From the IMG/VR virus record IMGVR_UViG_2850925934_000001, positions 1-64,000 of that record: a stretch of 64,000 nucleotides of DNA. One strand, written 5' to 3'. Of the stretch, positions 17,259-27,599 are shown piece by piece. The stretch comes from an uncultured virus (IMG/VR IMGVR_UViG_2850925934_000001) (lineage: Duplodnaviria > Heunggongvirae > Uroviricota > Caudoviricetes). Both the position numbers and the translations under genes were made by a program. The notes beneath the pieces were generated by a model, which did not search any database, was not told where the DNA came from, and saw only the letters and a list, made by a program, of their open reading frames with translations. Position 1 is the first letter of the stretch, and the number at the start of each line of letters is the position of its first letter.

Positions 17259-19544
17259 ATGGAAGGCTTACGGTTAAATATGAACGCGTTGAAGCCGGTG
17301 GCACCTAAATCGGACGCAGTAGAGGCGACGGCCAAGCGGAAGGCGAAAGCCAAAACCGCCGAGCCGATCGAAGATAGTTGGCGCAAGATATTCGCGATGA
17401 AGCTATCGGATGCCGACCGCAAAAGGGTAACGGAAGTCAAGGCGGCTATGGATGCGGGCAAACTAGCACGGAATCCGGCTGACTGCGTGAACAAGGCCGG
17501 CAACCCTAAAGCGTTCAGCAAGGCGGAGGCGCTCCGTCTATGGAAGACGCTACAGGAAGCCCAGCGCGAAGAAACTTTGCGGCAGATGGTCGAGAACACG
17601 CCGGATAATTACGAATTAATTACGACTAAAGAGCGATTTCAGGCGCTGATCGAGGCGTTAAATAACGAAACAATAATCGCAGTTGATACCGAGACGACCG
17701 GCGTAGATGTTTATACGGATGTCATCGTCGGTCTTTCGCTGACCTTACCAAACGCTGACTGGCACGTTTATATACCGGTAGATCACGATGATTGCGAGCA
17801 ACTAAGTCGCGAATACGTACTCGCAGGTCTAGCACCCATATTTAACGATGAGTCGGTCGGGAAAGTCCTACACAATGCGATATTCGATATTGCGATGCTT
17901 CGGCGGCACGGATTCGATTTGAAAGGCGTCGCTTGGGATACGATGACCGCGATGCACCTGCTTAACGAAAACGAGAGTGATCGTACATTAGGCGGAGCCG
18001 GTTCGTTCAAGCTCAAAGACTTAGCTCCTAAATATTTAAAAACGCCGGCAGATACTTTTGATGCTCTGTTCGGAAGGAATGCGCAATTTAAAGAAGTCCC
18101 ATTAGATATTGCGCTAGTTTACGCAGCGAAGGATACGGAACTGACGTGGAAGCTGTACGAATTTCAGCGTTATCACATGGCGAAAATACCGACGATTTTG
18201 GACTATTATCAAACCGTTGAAGTTCCGTTATTGTACGTAATCGTCGATTTAGAAGCTAACGGATATATTCTCGACTTGGATTTCGCGAAAGAATACGGTG
18301 AAAAGCTTCATAAGCGTGCGGAAGAGTTGCGCAAGGAATTAGTCGCGGAATTGACGCCGTTCCATGCAGGAGACGAACCGATAAATTTAAACTCGACCCA
18401 TCAGATGCGGCCCGCACTTTCGAAGGCAATCGGCAAGGAGCTCCCGAATATGGACGCGAAAAAGACGTTGAAGCCGTTGAAAGACGATTATGAAATCATT
18501 GCGAAACTTATCGAGTATAAGAATATCGTTAAGCTAAGCGGTACGTATATCGACACGCTGCCGACAAAGCAAAACCCGACAACTAAGCGTTGGCATTCGC
18601 GTTTCAATCCGATGGGAACCGTGACAGGTCGATTCAGTTCCGGTAAGGACGAAGAAGACAAAACGCAACAAGGGTTTAACGTACAGAATCAGCCACCGGA
18701 AGCGCGTCCGATGTTCGGTCCTCCTCCCGGAAAGTTGTTAGTAGGCGCCGATTTTAAAGCGCAGGAAATCCGGTGTGTGGCGCACCTGTCGGGCGAACCA
18801 GTACTGATTAATGCGTTTTTAGAAGAACGCGATCCATATGCAACGATGGCATCGAACTTCTACAAACGACCGTACGAGGAAGTTTATAAGAACGCTGATG
18901 GTTCCGACACAAAAGAGCGAAAGAAAATGAAGGTCGCATGGTTAGCTACATTATACGGAATGAGTGATTATTCTCTTGCGGATATGCTAGGCGTAGGTAA
19001 GAAAGAGGCGACCGAGTTTAAAGAAGAGTTGTTCGGAAGTATGCCGAAGCTGTCGGCGTGGTTAAAAGAGAACGAAGAATTTGTGCGAAAAAACGGATAC
19101 GTTTGGGCTGATCTGAATGCGCGAAAACGCCGGCTTCCCGACGCTAAACTACCGCGCAAAAACATTCCGTATGGAAAATGGAATGATTCGAAATACGATG
19201 CCGCAAGGAAACACAACTCTCGAATTAATCGCGCTTTACGCCAAGCGACAAATGCCCGCGTACAAGGATCGTCGTCTATCCAAACGAAGGTCACGATGAT
19301 CAAAGCGCACGAATATTGCGCTAACAAACCGGGATGGGCGCTGTGGTCATCGGTGCATGACGAACTCATTTTCGAAGTTCCGGAGGATTTCACGTGGGAA
19401 GAAGCGCAAGAAATTCGCGATATCATGCTTAATTCCTACCGTTGGGGTGATGTTGTGCCGAACGGAACGGATATCGAAGTGATGCGCAAATGGGGCGAAG
19501 GTGTGCCCGTAGAAGAATGGTTCAAAAAAGAGGAGGCGGTTTGA
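17259..19544 (+). CDS. DNA polymerase family A with 3'-5' exonuclease
   Basis: AVDTETTG, LHNAIFD, YAAKD; TVTGRFSS, ADFKAQEIR, LYG, VQGSS, VHDEL. Confidence 0.95.
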   Translation: MEGLRLNMNALKPVAPKSDAVEATAKRKAKAKTAEPIEDSWRKIFAMKLSDADRKRVTEVKAAMDAGKLARNPADCVNKAGNPKAFSKAEALRLWKTLQEAQREETLRQMVENTPDNYELITTKERFQALIEALNNETIIAVDTETTGVDVYTDVIVGLSLTLPNADWHVYIPVDHDDCEQLSREYVLAGLAPIFNDESVGKVLHNAIFDIAMLRRHGFDLKGVAWDTMTAMHLLNENESDRTLGGAGSFKLKDLAPKYLKTPADTFDALFGRNAQFKEVPLDIALVYAAKDTELTWKLYEFQRYHMAKIPTILDYYQTVEVPLLYVIVDLEANGYILDLDFAKEYGEKLHKRAEELRKELVAELTPFHAGDEPINLNSTHQMRPALSKAIGKELPNMDAKKTLKPLKDDYEIIAKLIEYKNIVKLSGTYIDTLPTKQNPTTKRWHSRFNPMGTVTGRFSSGKDEEDKTQQGFNVQNQPPEARPMFGPPPGKLLVGADFKAQEIRCVAHLSGEPVLINAFLEERDPYATMASNFYKRPYEEVYKNADGSDTKERKKMKVAWLATLYGMSDYSLADMLGVGKKEATEFKEELFGSMPKLSAWLKENEEFVRKNGYVWADLNARKRRLPDAKLPRKNIPYGKWNDSKYDAARKHNSRINRALRQATNARVQGSSSIQTKVTMIKAHEYCANKPGWALWSSVHDELIFEVPEDFTWEEAQEIRDIMLNSYRWGDVVPNGTDIEVMRKWGEGVPVEEWFKKEEAV

Positions 19545-20455
19545 TGAGCGAAATGAAAAAGTATATGGATATCGTGCGTCTTGGTCATCGTACTACTGAG
19601 GGCGTTCTAACTGAGAATGATTACGTAGTTGTTTACGAAAAACTGGACGGAGCAAATGCATCGTTCACGCTCAATCCTGACACATACGAGATGGAAGCTT
19701 TTTCGCGTAATAGGAAGCTAGACAGCGAGAACAACTTACGTGGGTTCTATGAATATACGCAGAAAATCGACCCGGATGACCTCGACGGTGATTACATCTA
19801 CTTCGGAGAATGGCTCGTTAAGCACAAGGTTGATTACGGTGTTAATAAGAATGAATTTTACCTCTTCGATATTTACGACAAGAAAGATGGCGTTTATCTC
19901 TCACATGCGGACGTTGTTGCGGAGGCTTTCCGGCTTGGTCTTACCTTGGCCCCTATTCTTTACGCAGGTAAATATCGCGGCTTCGATCATTTACAAAACT
20001 TTGTTGGGCGCAGTGCACTAGCGGATGAATTGGCCGGAGGCGAGGGAGTTGTCGTAAAGAACGTAAGCTACCGCGATAATTTCGGAAAGCAGCTTTTCGT
20101 AAAAGTCGTCAGTGATTCGTTCAGAGAAATGCAGCCGCAGAAAGCTCCACGCGATCCTGCGAAATTAAACGCCGAGCAAACCTTCGTAAGAACGTTCGCA
20201 ACGAAAGGACGCGTCGATAAACTCCTACGAAAGATGGTTGACGAAGGGGTTATCGAAGAGAAGTTCGATCTATCGGACATGGGCGTAATCCTCTCGCATT
20301 TAGGCGGCCGAGTATACGACGACCTTATTAAAGAAGAATCCGACAGTTTGTCGCAAGATTTCGAAGAAAAAGCTGTACGTAAGGCAATCGGAAAATTCGT
20401 TCCGGTGCTTGTGCGGGAGATTATCGAAGAAGAAACAAAACGGGAGGCGGTTTAA
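19544..20455 (+). CDS. ATP-dependent RNA ligase (Rnl2-like)
   Basis: YEKLDGANAS (motif I), FGEW, FYLFDI, EGVVVK. Confidence 0.85.
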   Translation: MSEMKKYMDIVRLGHRTTEGVLTENDYVVVYEKLDGANASFTLNPDTYEMEAFSRNRKLDSENNLRGFYEYTQKIDPDDLDGDYIYFGEWLVKHKVDYGVNKNEFYLFDIYDKKDGVYLSHADVVAEAFRLGLTLAPILYAGKYRGFDHLQNFVGRSALADELAGGEGVVVKNVSYRDNFGKQLFVKVVSDSFREMQPQKAPRDPAKLNAEQTFVRTFATKGRVDKLLRKMVDEGVIEEKFDLSDMGVILSHLGGRVYDDLIKEESDSLSQDFEEKAVRKAIGKFVPVLVREIIEEETKREAV

Positions 20456-20456
20456 T

Positions 20457-21161
20457 ATGGCGAAAACTTACGTTGTACTCGACTTAGAAACGACAGGACT
20501 CGATTATCAGTCCGAACAAATTACGGAATTCGGTGCGATTAAGATTGACGAAAGATTTAACGAAATTGATCGCTTTCATACGATGGTTGCGCTAGAAGAA
20601 GGGCGCGAGCTGCCGGAATTCATTACGAAACTGACCGGCATCACAGCCGCCGATCTCGAAGGCGCGCCGACTGAGTCCGAAGCGCTCGAAAAGCTGAACG
20701 AATTTATCGGAGATGCTATCGTAGTTGCGCAAAACGCTCCGTTCGATCTGTCGTTTATCAGTCGAGGCGGAATCGCGCCTAACCGATTCTACTGTACGCG
20801 AGCTATGGTGCGTTTTGTTGAGCCGGAGTTGTCTGCGAGCCTCAAGGACGTTGCTGAACGCAATGGTATTTCGCTTGAAGGACATCATCGAGCTCTTAAC
20901 GACGTAGAAGCGACGATTGAAGTATTCCGGCTTTATCTACCGCATGTAAGAGAGGAGTATAACGGGTTCGAGAATATCGTCCAAGACTCCGCGGATCGAC
21001 CGTTAAAGTTTAAGCCGAAGAACGCAATTGTACGCACAGTTCATATGGTTGCATTGGATAATACGGACTTAATTCGTTTGGTTCGAGCGTTTCCGGAAGA
21101 CCACGATATGTTCGCCAAACTCGGTAATATTATCGATCGCACAATGAGAGGGCGTGATTAA
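20457..21161 (+). CDS. DnaQ-like DEDDh 3'-5' exonuclease
   Basis: LDLETTG, AQNAPFD, HRALND. Confidence 0.9.
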   Translation: MAKTYVVLDLETTGLDYQSEQITEFGAIKIDERFNEIDRFHTMVALEEGRELPEFITKLTGITAADLEGAPTESEALEKLNEFIGDAIVVAQNAPFDLSFISRGGIAPNRFYCTRAMVRFVEPELSASLKDVAERNGISLEGHHRALNDVEATIEVFRLYLPHVREEYNGFENIVQDSADRPLKFKPKNAIVRTVHMVALDNTDLIRLVRAFPEDHDMFAKLGNIIDRTMRGRD

Positions 21162-22220
21162 TTGACGAACGCAAATGCACGATCAGCCGCAAACTCACTG
21201 CGCGCCCAATTAGCACAGGCGCCAGAACCGACCGGCTATGCACAGCAGATTGCGGATGGGCTCATCGAATATCTAAACGAATGGCATTCGCTGCCCGAAA
21301 CGTGGGATAACGCCTTGGACGCGCAGATCCATCGATGGTACGCAGAAGCTCCGAAAGTATTTCCGAAGAAACCGTATTTTTCGCCGTCATCTGCGAATGC
21401 CTGCCCGCGTGAACTTTATCATAAGGCGCTAGGCGATCCGAGAGACATAACGCGAAAGCCTCCGTATCAAGGGCGCTGGACCCGCATCGGAACGGCAATC
21501 GGCGATATGATTCAGCGTGACCTGCTCTTCATGGAAAAACACTTCGAAAAGAAAGTCGGCCGGCCCTGCCCGTTCAGCTTCGAACGTAATCCGGACGGTA
21601 CGCCGATGTTCGAGGACTTCGCCAAGCGGAACCATAAGATCGAGCGCGGCGGCAAGACGTTTCACCTCTTCGGAACATGTGATGGCATTATGCGCTATGT
21701 CACCGAAGATGGCGAAGTATTGCGCGTGGGCCTCGAAATCAAATCGAAGCAAACGAGCGCGGCCCGCACGTCTTTCTACTCGCTGAAGAAGCCGGACGAA
21801 AAGCACGTTAAACAGTGTGTCGCTTATGCGGAGATGTATGGCGTCGACTTATACGTAATCCTCTACGTAAACGCGTCTAAGAAGGCGTGGGAGTACGAAG
21901 AGGGGGAATTCGAAAAGTCGCCGGATATCCGGGCGTTCGGACTCGAAATCGGACGCGAAGACATCGACGTGCTGCTCGATAGATTCGTAGAAATCCAGAA
22001 TTCGATTGACGACGGCAAGCCGATGGCGGTCGACCTAAACGGCTGGACATTCAACGGGTATAAAACGGCGATTGCGCAATCTCTTACGGCGGCCGAACTG
22101 GAAGCCATTCGTGATAAGGTTTCGCGAGTCAAACGGTCAAACGTCTTTGATTCTACGAAAAGGCAGTACGCCGGGGCGTTAGAGTTTATCGAAAAAGTGC
22201 GCAAAGGGGAGGCGGTTTGA
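21162..22220 (+). CDS. PD-(D/E)XK (Cas4/RecB-like) exonuclease
   Basis: FSPSSANACPR, GTCDG, LEIKS, QCVAY. Confidence 0.75.
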   Translation: MTNANARSAANSLRAQLAQAPEPTGYAQQIADGLIEYLNEWHSLPETWDNALDAQIHRWYAEAPKVFPKKPYFSPSSANACPRELYHKALGDPRDITRKPPYQGRWTRIGTAIGDMIQRDLLFMEKHFEKKVGRPCPFSFERNPDGTPMFEDFAKRNHKIERGGKTFHLFGTCDGIMRYVTEDGEVLRVGLEIKSKQTSAARTSFYSLKKPDEKHVKQCVAYAEMYGVDLYVILYVNASKKAWEYEEGEFEKSPDIRAFGLEIGREDIDVLLDRFVEIQNSIDDGKPMAVDLNGWTFNGYKTAIAQSLTAAELEAIRDKVSRVKRSNVFDSTKRQYAGALEFIEKVRKGEAV

Positions 22221-22381
22221 TGGCGAGGTTTATTCTTTATACGCTAATTGCGATACTGCTTTCTACTATCATTACCTTTTTGATATCGCTAATTAATCCG
22301 GAAGCGGGCGACGCACTATCGGTACCTGTCTCCCTTATTTTAGGGCTCATCGCAGGGTGGAAGGCGGTATTAGATGACTAG
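22220..22381 (+). CDS. 53-aa membrane protein
   Basis: RBS GGAGG; two TM segments; translated by hand. Confidence 0.55.
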   Translation: MARFILYTLIAILLSTIITFLISLINPEAGDALSVPVSLILGLIAGWKAVLDD

Positions 22382-22937
22382 CGCCAAGACTATCCGGTGC
22401 CTCGCGTTCGATACGTCGATGACCTGCCCCGGCGTCGCGATAATCGAGGTACGCAACCGAAAGCCTACGATCAAATCACTGGCACACGTTAAGCCGAATT
22501 CTAGCCGGTCACACGCACACAGGGCGGAGGTTATCGAAGGGTGGGCGATGATGTTTCTCGACAAAAACTACCCGCGGGGGGGCTTCGATTATGTGGTGCG
22601 GGAGGACTTCGCAGGCAAAACGTCGACTTCGAACTACCCGGTACTGGCGGCATGGAACGCATGTGAACGAGCGACGTCGCGATTCGGGCTTACGTTCAAT
22701 AAATATTGGAAGACTCCGAAAGCAAAACAACCACAGCTCGGTATCTCAGCAACACGCGTTAAGTCGTTGGTTGCCGGATCTGGAGGCGCTGAAAAGAAGG
22801 AAGTCGAGGCGGCGGTTCGACGCATGACCGGCTACACCGGCGAATTCGCTAATTTCGATGAAAGCGATGCGGCTGCGATTGGGCTTGCGTGGCTGATTCA
22901 TGAAGGCGTAATAGATAAACCGAAGGAGGACGAATAG
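22374..22937 (+). CDS. ruvC: RuvC-like Holliday junction resolvase
   Basis: AFDTS...VVRED...GSGGAEKKEV...DESDAAAIG. Confidence 0.85.
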   Translation: MTSAKTIRCLAFDTSMTCPGVAIIEVRNRKPTIKSLAHVKPNSSRSHAHRAEVIEGWAMMFLDKNYPRGGFDYVVREDFAGKTSTSNYPVLAAWNACERATSRFGLTFNKYWKTPKAKQPQLGISATRVKSLVAGSGGAEKKEVEAAVRRMTGYTGEFANFDESDAAAIGLAWLIHEGVIDKPKEDE

Positions 22938-24035
22938 ATGAATCAAAGATATTTTTTAATCGCTGGTAAAACGGAGGGGTTTAGTTATGAGGACGCTAAA
23001 GTTCTTCGTTGCGGCTCCGAAGTCGATGCAGAAAGCCTTGTTAACTCACTTAGACACGAAGGCTATTCGATCTTTTACGTCACTAAAACCGTCGATCGAA
23101 TTGATGATAACGCGACTATCGGGGAGGACGAATAAATGGGCAAATACGAACAATACACGCTAGGTATCTTCGGAGCGATTTCTGAGGTCTTTAACGAAGA
23201 ATCCGACCACTTTATTGCGGAATTAGAGGACGTAGACTTGACGGAATTCTTTACTGCCGCAAATATGGCGCTTCTCTCTATGTTCAACGAATTTACAGGC
23301 GAACAAAAGAATGCGTTGGAATTTACGCATGTGCTCAACGGATTGGCTGCGCAGAAGGCAGTCGAGTCCGTAAGGGAGGCGAAATGATGCGAATGGAGGA
23401 TACTCCGGATATGACTGTTACGCAAGAGGTATTCGACGCTCTTATTAATTCGTCAGTTGCTTTAACTAAGCAAATTCAAGCGAAACAGGGCAGAGAAAAT
23501 GAAATTATAACACAAGAAGAGGCCGATTTTGTCAATGCGTTTCTTGTATACGCTAAGGTATTAGCAGACACCTTACATGAACGGTACAAAGACGAATTAG
23601 GAGAGTGATGCGAATGTTTAAGCGGAGATTATATGAAACGCTTTCGTGGATATGTTCAGGTGCAGCGTATTTGGTGTTCGTTAGCTTAATGATTTGGTCC
23701 GCGGAGTTTCCCGTAGTAAGGGCGATCCTTACGGTAGCAGCCGTCTTCGGCCTGCTTCTCGTCGGGCTTTACGGAATCGTCCGTTTTATCTTATGGCTGA
23801 TCGTTGAACCATACCGCGCACATAAACGCGAGAAGGCGAGGGCGGCGGAATGATTTACAGAGCGACTGACGAAGGTTTGCGGAATATGAGACGCTGGCTT
23901 AACGAAAAACTGATCGAAAGTGATGCCGCCATCAGCTTCCACGATCGGAAACTGATCGAAGAGCGCATCGAGCGTGAACGGACGCAGGCGCGTTTGGACG
24001 AAGTTGAGGCGGAAATCGAGAGACGGAAGGGGTAG
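22938..24035 (+). CDS. Run of five small hypothetical genes (22938-23135, 23136-23387, 23387-23608, 23605-23853 membrane, 23850-24035)
   Basis: Abutting ORFs with SD-like sequences upstream. Confidence 0.6.
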
Positions 24036-24040
24036 ATCGG

Positions 24041-24409
24041 ATGCTGATCGCTTACTACTCGCTAACCGGCAACGTCCGCCGATTCGTCGCTAAGACCGGT
24101 CTGGCCGCCGTCGAAATTAAGCCGGGCCTGATGATCGCCGAGCCGTTCGTATGCGTGACCGGTACGTACGGTTTCGGTCAGGTCGCCGGCACAGTTTCGG
24201 ATTTCCTTGCGGATAACAGCGAATATCTTGCGGCCGTAGCTACGTCGGGAAATCGTAACTGGGGCGATAACTTCGGAAAGGCGGCCGATGTGATTGCAGC
24301 GCAATACGACGTGCCGATAGTCGGGCGCTTTGAACTGGCGGGCACGGACGCAGAGGTACGACAATTTATTGAAAGGGTGAATGCGCATGACGAATTACAT
24401 CGAACTTAA
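24041..24409 (+). CDS. nrdI: Class Ib RNR flavodoxin NrdI
   Basis: YYSLTGNVRRF, TYGFG, SGNRNWG. Confidence 0.95.
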   Translation: MLIAYYSLTGNVRRFVAKTGLAAVEIKPGLMIAEPFVCVTGTYGFGQVAGTVSDFLADNSEYLAAVATSGNRNWGDNFGKAADVIAAQYDVPIVGRFELAGTDAEVRQFIERVNAHDELHRT

Positions 24410-25094
24410 TAACGAAATTATGATACAGAAGGACGGCCGGTTCCAATTCGAAAAGGATATCGAAGCCGTCCGCGCTTATTTTATTGACTACGTAAATCAA
24501 AACACCGTATTTTTCCACGACCTTCGCGAAAAGCTCGACTATCTACGCGATAACGATTACTACGAAACCGAATTCCTGAACGCCTATACGTTCGATGAAA
24601 TCAAGTCGGTCTATCAGGCGGCTTATGCGCATAAGTTCCGTTTCCCATCGTTCATGAGCGCGTTCAAATTCTACAACGACTATGCGCTGAAGACGAACGA
24701 TCAGAAAAAAATCCTCGAACGCTACGAAGACAGGGTCGCTTGCTGTGCGCTATTCTTCGCGGGAGGAGACGCAACCAAGGCGATCGAGTACGTAAATCTG
24801 ATGATGCGTCAGGAATATCAGCCGTCAACGCCGACGTTCTTAAATGCGGGCCGGAAACGACGGGGCGAATTAGTTTCGTGTTTCTTGCTCGAAGTTAACG
24901 ATTCCCTTAACGATATCAGTCGCGCGATTGATATTTCGATGCAGCTCTCGAAGCTTGGCGGCGGCGTGTCCCTTAATTTATCGAAACTCAGAGCGAAAGG
25001 CGAAGCGATTAAAGACGTAGAGAACGCGACAAAAGGCGTTGTAGGCGTAATGAAACTGCTGGACCATGCGTTCAGATATGCGGATCAGATGGGT
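24387..25094 (+). CDS. nrdE: Ribonucleotide reductase alpha subunit, exon 1
   Basis: YIELNNEI...PSTPTFLNAG...SCFLL...YADQMG; continues QRQGSG in exon 2. Confidence 0.95.
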
Positions 25095-26034
25095 TAAATT
25101 GGCCCCTTTCGTCAGTAATGGCGATCGAAAACCTCTTTAATTCATGGGAACTCCTCGAAGCGGTAGGGCCACAAACTACTAAAGGAGGACAATCATGAGC
25201 GAAGCAAGACGAAAACCTCACAACAAATTGGAGATAGATGAAGATTTTATTCGCGAAAATTACCACAAGATGAGTGCTAGAGAGATCGGTGAGATATTAG
25301 GAGTGTCTAGGGAAGCGATTAACCATCGAGTTATGCGCATGGGTCTCAGGAAGACAAAGATACCTTTTGAATTACAAAATGGTGAAGAACTAAAACCAAT
25401 AAACGGGGTACCTGAATACGGAATTACCAGCCTAAGCCGCGTGGTTAACTTGAGAACAATGACCGAAGTAAAACCTAAGATTGACGGATCAGGCTATTTA
25501 AAGGTAGTCCTCTTTCGAAACAAGGTTCGATTCGAGAGGAATGTTCATCGATTGGTTGCGCTGCATTTTATTCCTAATCCTAAGAACTTACCGATGGTTA
25601 ATCATATTGACGGAAACAAAGCAAACGCCGATATCAAAAACCTAGAATGGGTAACTCCGAAAGAGAATGCGCAACATGCATCAAGAACGGGTCTTTTGCG
25701 GAAAGGAGCGCGTCATCCAGCATCAAAAATCACTGAGGAACAAGCGCGGGAAATACTTTCGGATTATCGCAGCGGCCTCTCACTCAACGAGGTTCGGATT
25801 AAGCACTCATACGCGAGTAAGTCTATCGTAGATAAAATCTGTTGTAGGCAACGGTGGAATCATTTGGACCAAACGTCTTGAACGTGCAACGACTAGCCGA
25901 AAGGCGTAGGCCGCAAGCGATTGGCGGTCGAAACGGGAGGCGCCCCAAGCGGGCGAAGATATAGTCTAATCTTCGTGGTAACACGGAGCAGCCGGAAGGC
26001 GGGGCGTGCCTAGCGAACACGTCCGAATGGTCTG
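25095..26034 (+). mobile_element. Group I intron in nrdE (940 nt) carrying an HNH homing endonuclease
   Basis: Exon ends in U (GGT|), intron ends in G (TCTG|CAA); P element AATTCATGGGAA, R GACTAG, S AAGATATAGTCT; splicing restores QMG-QRQGSG and a 703-aa NrdE. Confidence 0.93.
25195..25881 (+). CDS. Intron-encoded NUMOD4/HNH homing endonuclease
   Basis: GYLKV...VHRLVA...VNHIDGNKANA...NLEW..EN. Confidence 0.9.
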   Translation: MSEARRKPHNKLEIDEDFIRENYHKMSAREIGEILGVSREAINHRVMRMGLRKTKIPFELQNGEELKPINGVPEYGITSLSRVVNLRTMTEVKPKIDGSGYLKVVLFRNKVRFERNVHRLVALHFIPNPKNLPMVNHIDGNKANADIKNLEWVTPKENAQHASRTGLLRKGARHPASKITEEQAREILSDYRSGLSLNEVRIKHSYASKSIVDKICCRQRWNHLDQTS

Positions 26035-27438
26035 CAAAGACAAGGATCAGGCGCAGCGTACCTTAACGTATTCCATGCGGACATTAACGATTTCTTAGAT
26101 ACGAAGAAAATCTCGGCAGATGAAGACGTACGTGTTAAAACGTTATCCATCGGCGTTGTTATTCCGGATAAATTCATCGAACTGGCGCGAGAGAATCGGC
26201 CGGCTTACGTATTCTACCCGCACACCGTTTATAAAGCGTACGGCCAGCATTTAGACGAAATGGATATCGGAGAGATGTACGATCAGCTCGTCGACAATCC
26301 GGCCGTCCGTAAAGACAAAATCGACGCGCGTAAGCTCCTCGAAAAGCTAGCCGTACTGCGTTCCGAATCGGGCTATCCGTACATTATGTTCGAAGGCAAC
26401 GTAAACGCGGCACATGCGAACAGTCACGTATCGAAGGTTAAATTTTCGAATCTGTGCTCGGAGGTTCTTCAGGCGTCGCAAGTATCGGAATACACCGACT
26501 ACGGCGAAGAAGACGAAATCGGCCTTGATATTTCGTGTAATCTCGGATCGCTAAACGTTGCAAACGTAATGAAAAACGGAGACTTCGAAACGATCGTTAA
26601 GCTTTCCGTTGATGCTCTAACGCGAGTCTCGGAAACTTCGAATATCAAGAACGCACCAGCTGTTGCGCGAGCTAACCGCGAGATGCGTTCGATCGGACTT
26701 GGCGCGATGAATTTGCACGGTTATTTAGCGCAGAACGGTATAGCTTATGAATCGGAAGAAGCACGTGATTTCGCTAACGTATTCTTCGCGCTTGTGAACT
26801 ATTGGTCGCTTGTGCGGTCGATGGAGCTCGCAAAAGAAACCGGAAGCACATACGAAGGATTCGAGGAATCGACGTATGCGAACGGTGAATATTTCTTTAA
26901 ATACGCGTATGTTGACGAACAAGAAGGCGAAGGTCTCGATTGTTTTCCGAAGACGGAGAAAGTTAAAGCGCTGTTTAAAGACGTATGGATTCCGGACGGT
27001 CTCGACTGGCATCACCTCGAATTGGACGTTCGCGAATACGGACTTTACCATTCGTACAGACTCGCGATTGCGCCAACGGGATCAATTTCGTATGTGCAGT
27101 CGGCTACGGCGTCAGTCATGCCGATTATGGAACGGATCGAGGAGCGTACGTACGGCAATTCGAAAACGTATTATCCGATGCCGGGGTTATCGCCGCAGAA
27201 TTGGTTTTTCTACAAGGAAGCGTACGACATGGATATGTTTAAAGTCGTCGATATGATCGCAACGATTCAGCAGCACGTCGACCAAGGCATCTCATTTACG
27301 CTGTTCTTGAAAGATACGATGACGACGCGCGATCTGAACCGGATTGACCTATACGCGCATCATCGGGGCATCAAAACGCTGTATTATGCGCGGACAAAGG
27401 ATACCGGTCAGGATTCGTGCTTGAGTTGCGTTGTTTAA
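26035..27438 (+). CDS. nrdE: Ribonucleotide reductase alpha subunit, exon 2
   Basis: QRQGSGAAYL...FSNLCSE...SCNLGS...APTGSIS...KTLYY...CLSCVV. Confidence 0.95.
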   Translation, partial: QRQGSGAAYLNVFHADINDFLDTKKISADEDVRVKTLSIGVVIPDKFIELARENRPAYVFYPHTVYKAYGQHLDEMDIGEMYDQLVDNPAVRKDKIDARKLLEKLAVLRSESGYPYIMFEGNVNAAHANSHVSKVKFSNLCSEVLQASQVSEYTDYGEEDEIGLDISCNLGSLNVANVMKNGDFETIVKLSVDALTRVSETSNIKNAPAVARANREMRSIGLGAMNLHGYLAQNGIAYESEEARDFANVFFALVNYWSLVRSMELAKETGSTYEGFEESTYANGEYFFKYAYVDEQEGEGLDCFPKTEKVKALFKDVWIPDGLDWHHLELDVREYGLYHSYRLAIAPTGSISYVQSATASVMPIMERIEERTYGNSKTYYPMPGLSPQNWFFYKEAYDMDMFKVVDMIATIQQHVDQGISFTLFLKDTMTTRDLNRIDLYAHHRGIKTLYYARTKDTGQDSCLSCVV

Positions 27439-27458
27439 ACGAAGAGGAGGGCACGAAC

Positions 27459-27599
27459 ATGAGTCAACGACTGTCGGACGAAGATTTGTCGAAATTAAGA
27501 CGGTACGCAAGTCGGTGTTGTGATCTTATGAATTACGCGAATATTCCGCCAGGAATCCTTATCGAGTTGTTGGACGGATATAAAAAGGAGGACGAATAA
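27459..27599 (+). CDS. Small hypothetical protein
   Basis: RBS GAGGAGG; MSQRLSDE... Confidence 0.5.
   Translation: MSQRLSDEDLSKLRRYASRCCDLMNYANIPPGILIELLDGYKKEDE

Noticed and set aside
21162..22220. Cas4-like nuclease as part of a CRISPR system
   Set aside because: No repeat-spacer array or other cas genes seen; typical phage replication exonuclease
24387..27438. nrdE as a broken pseudogene or intein host
   Set aside because: The interruption has group I intron hallmarks and splicing restores a normal-length protein
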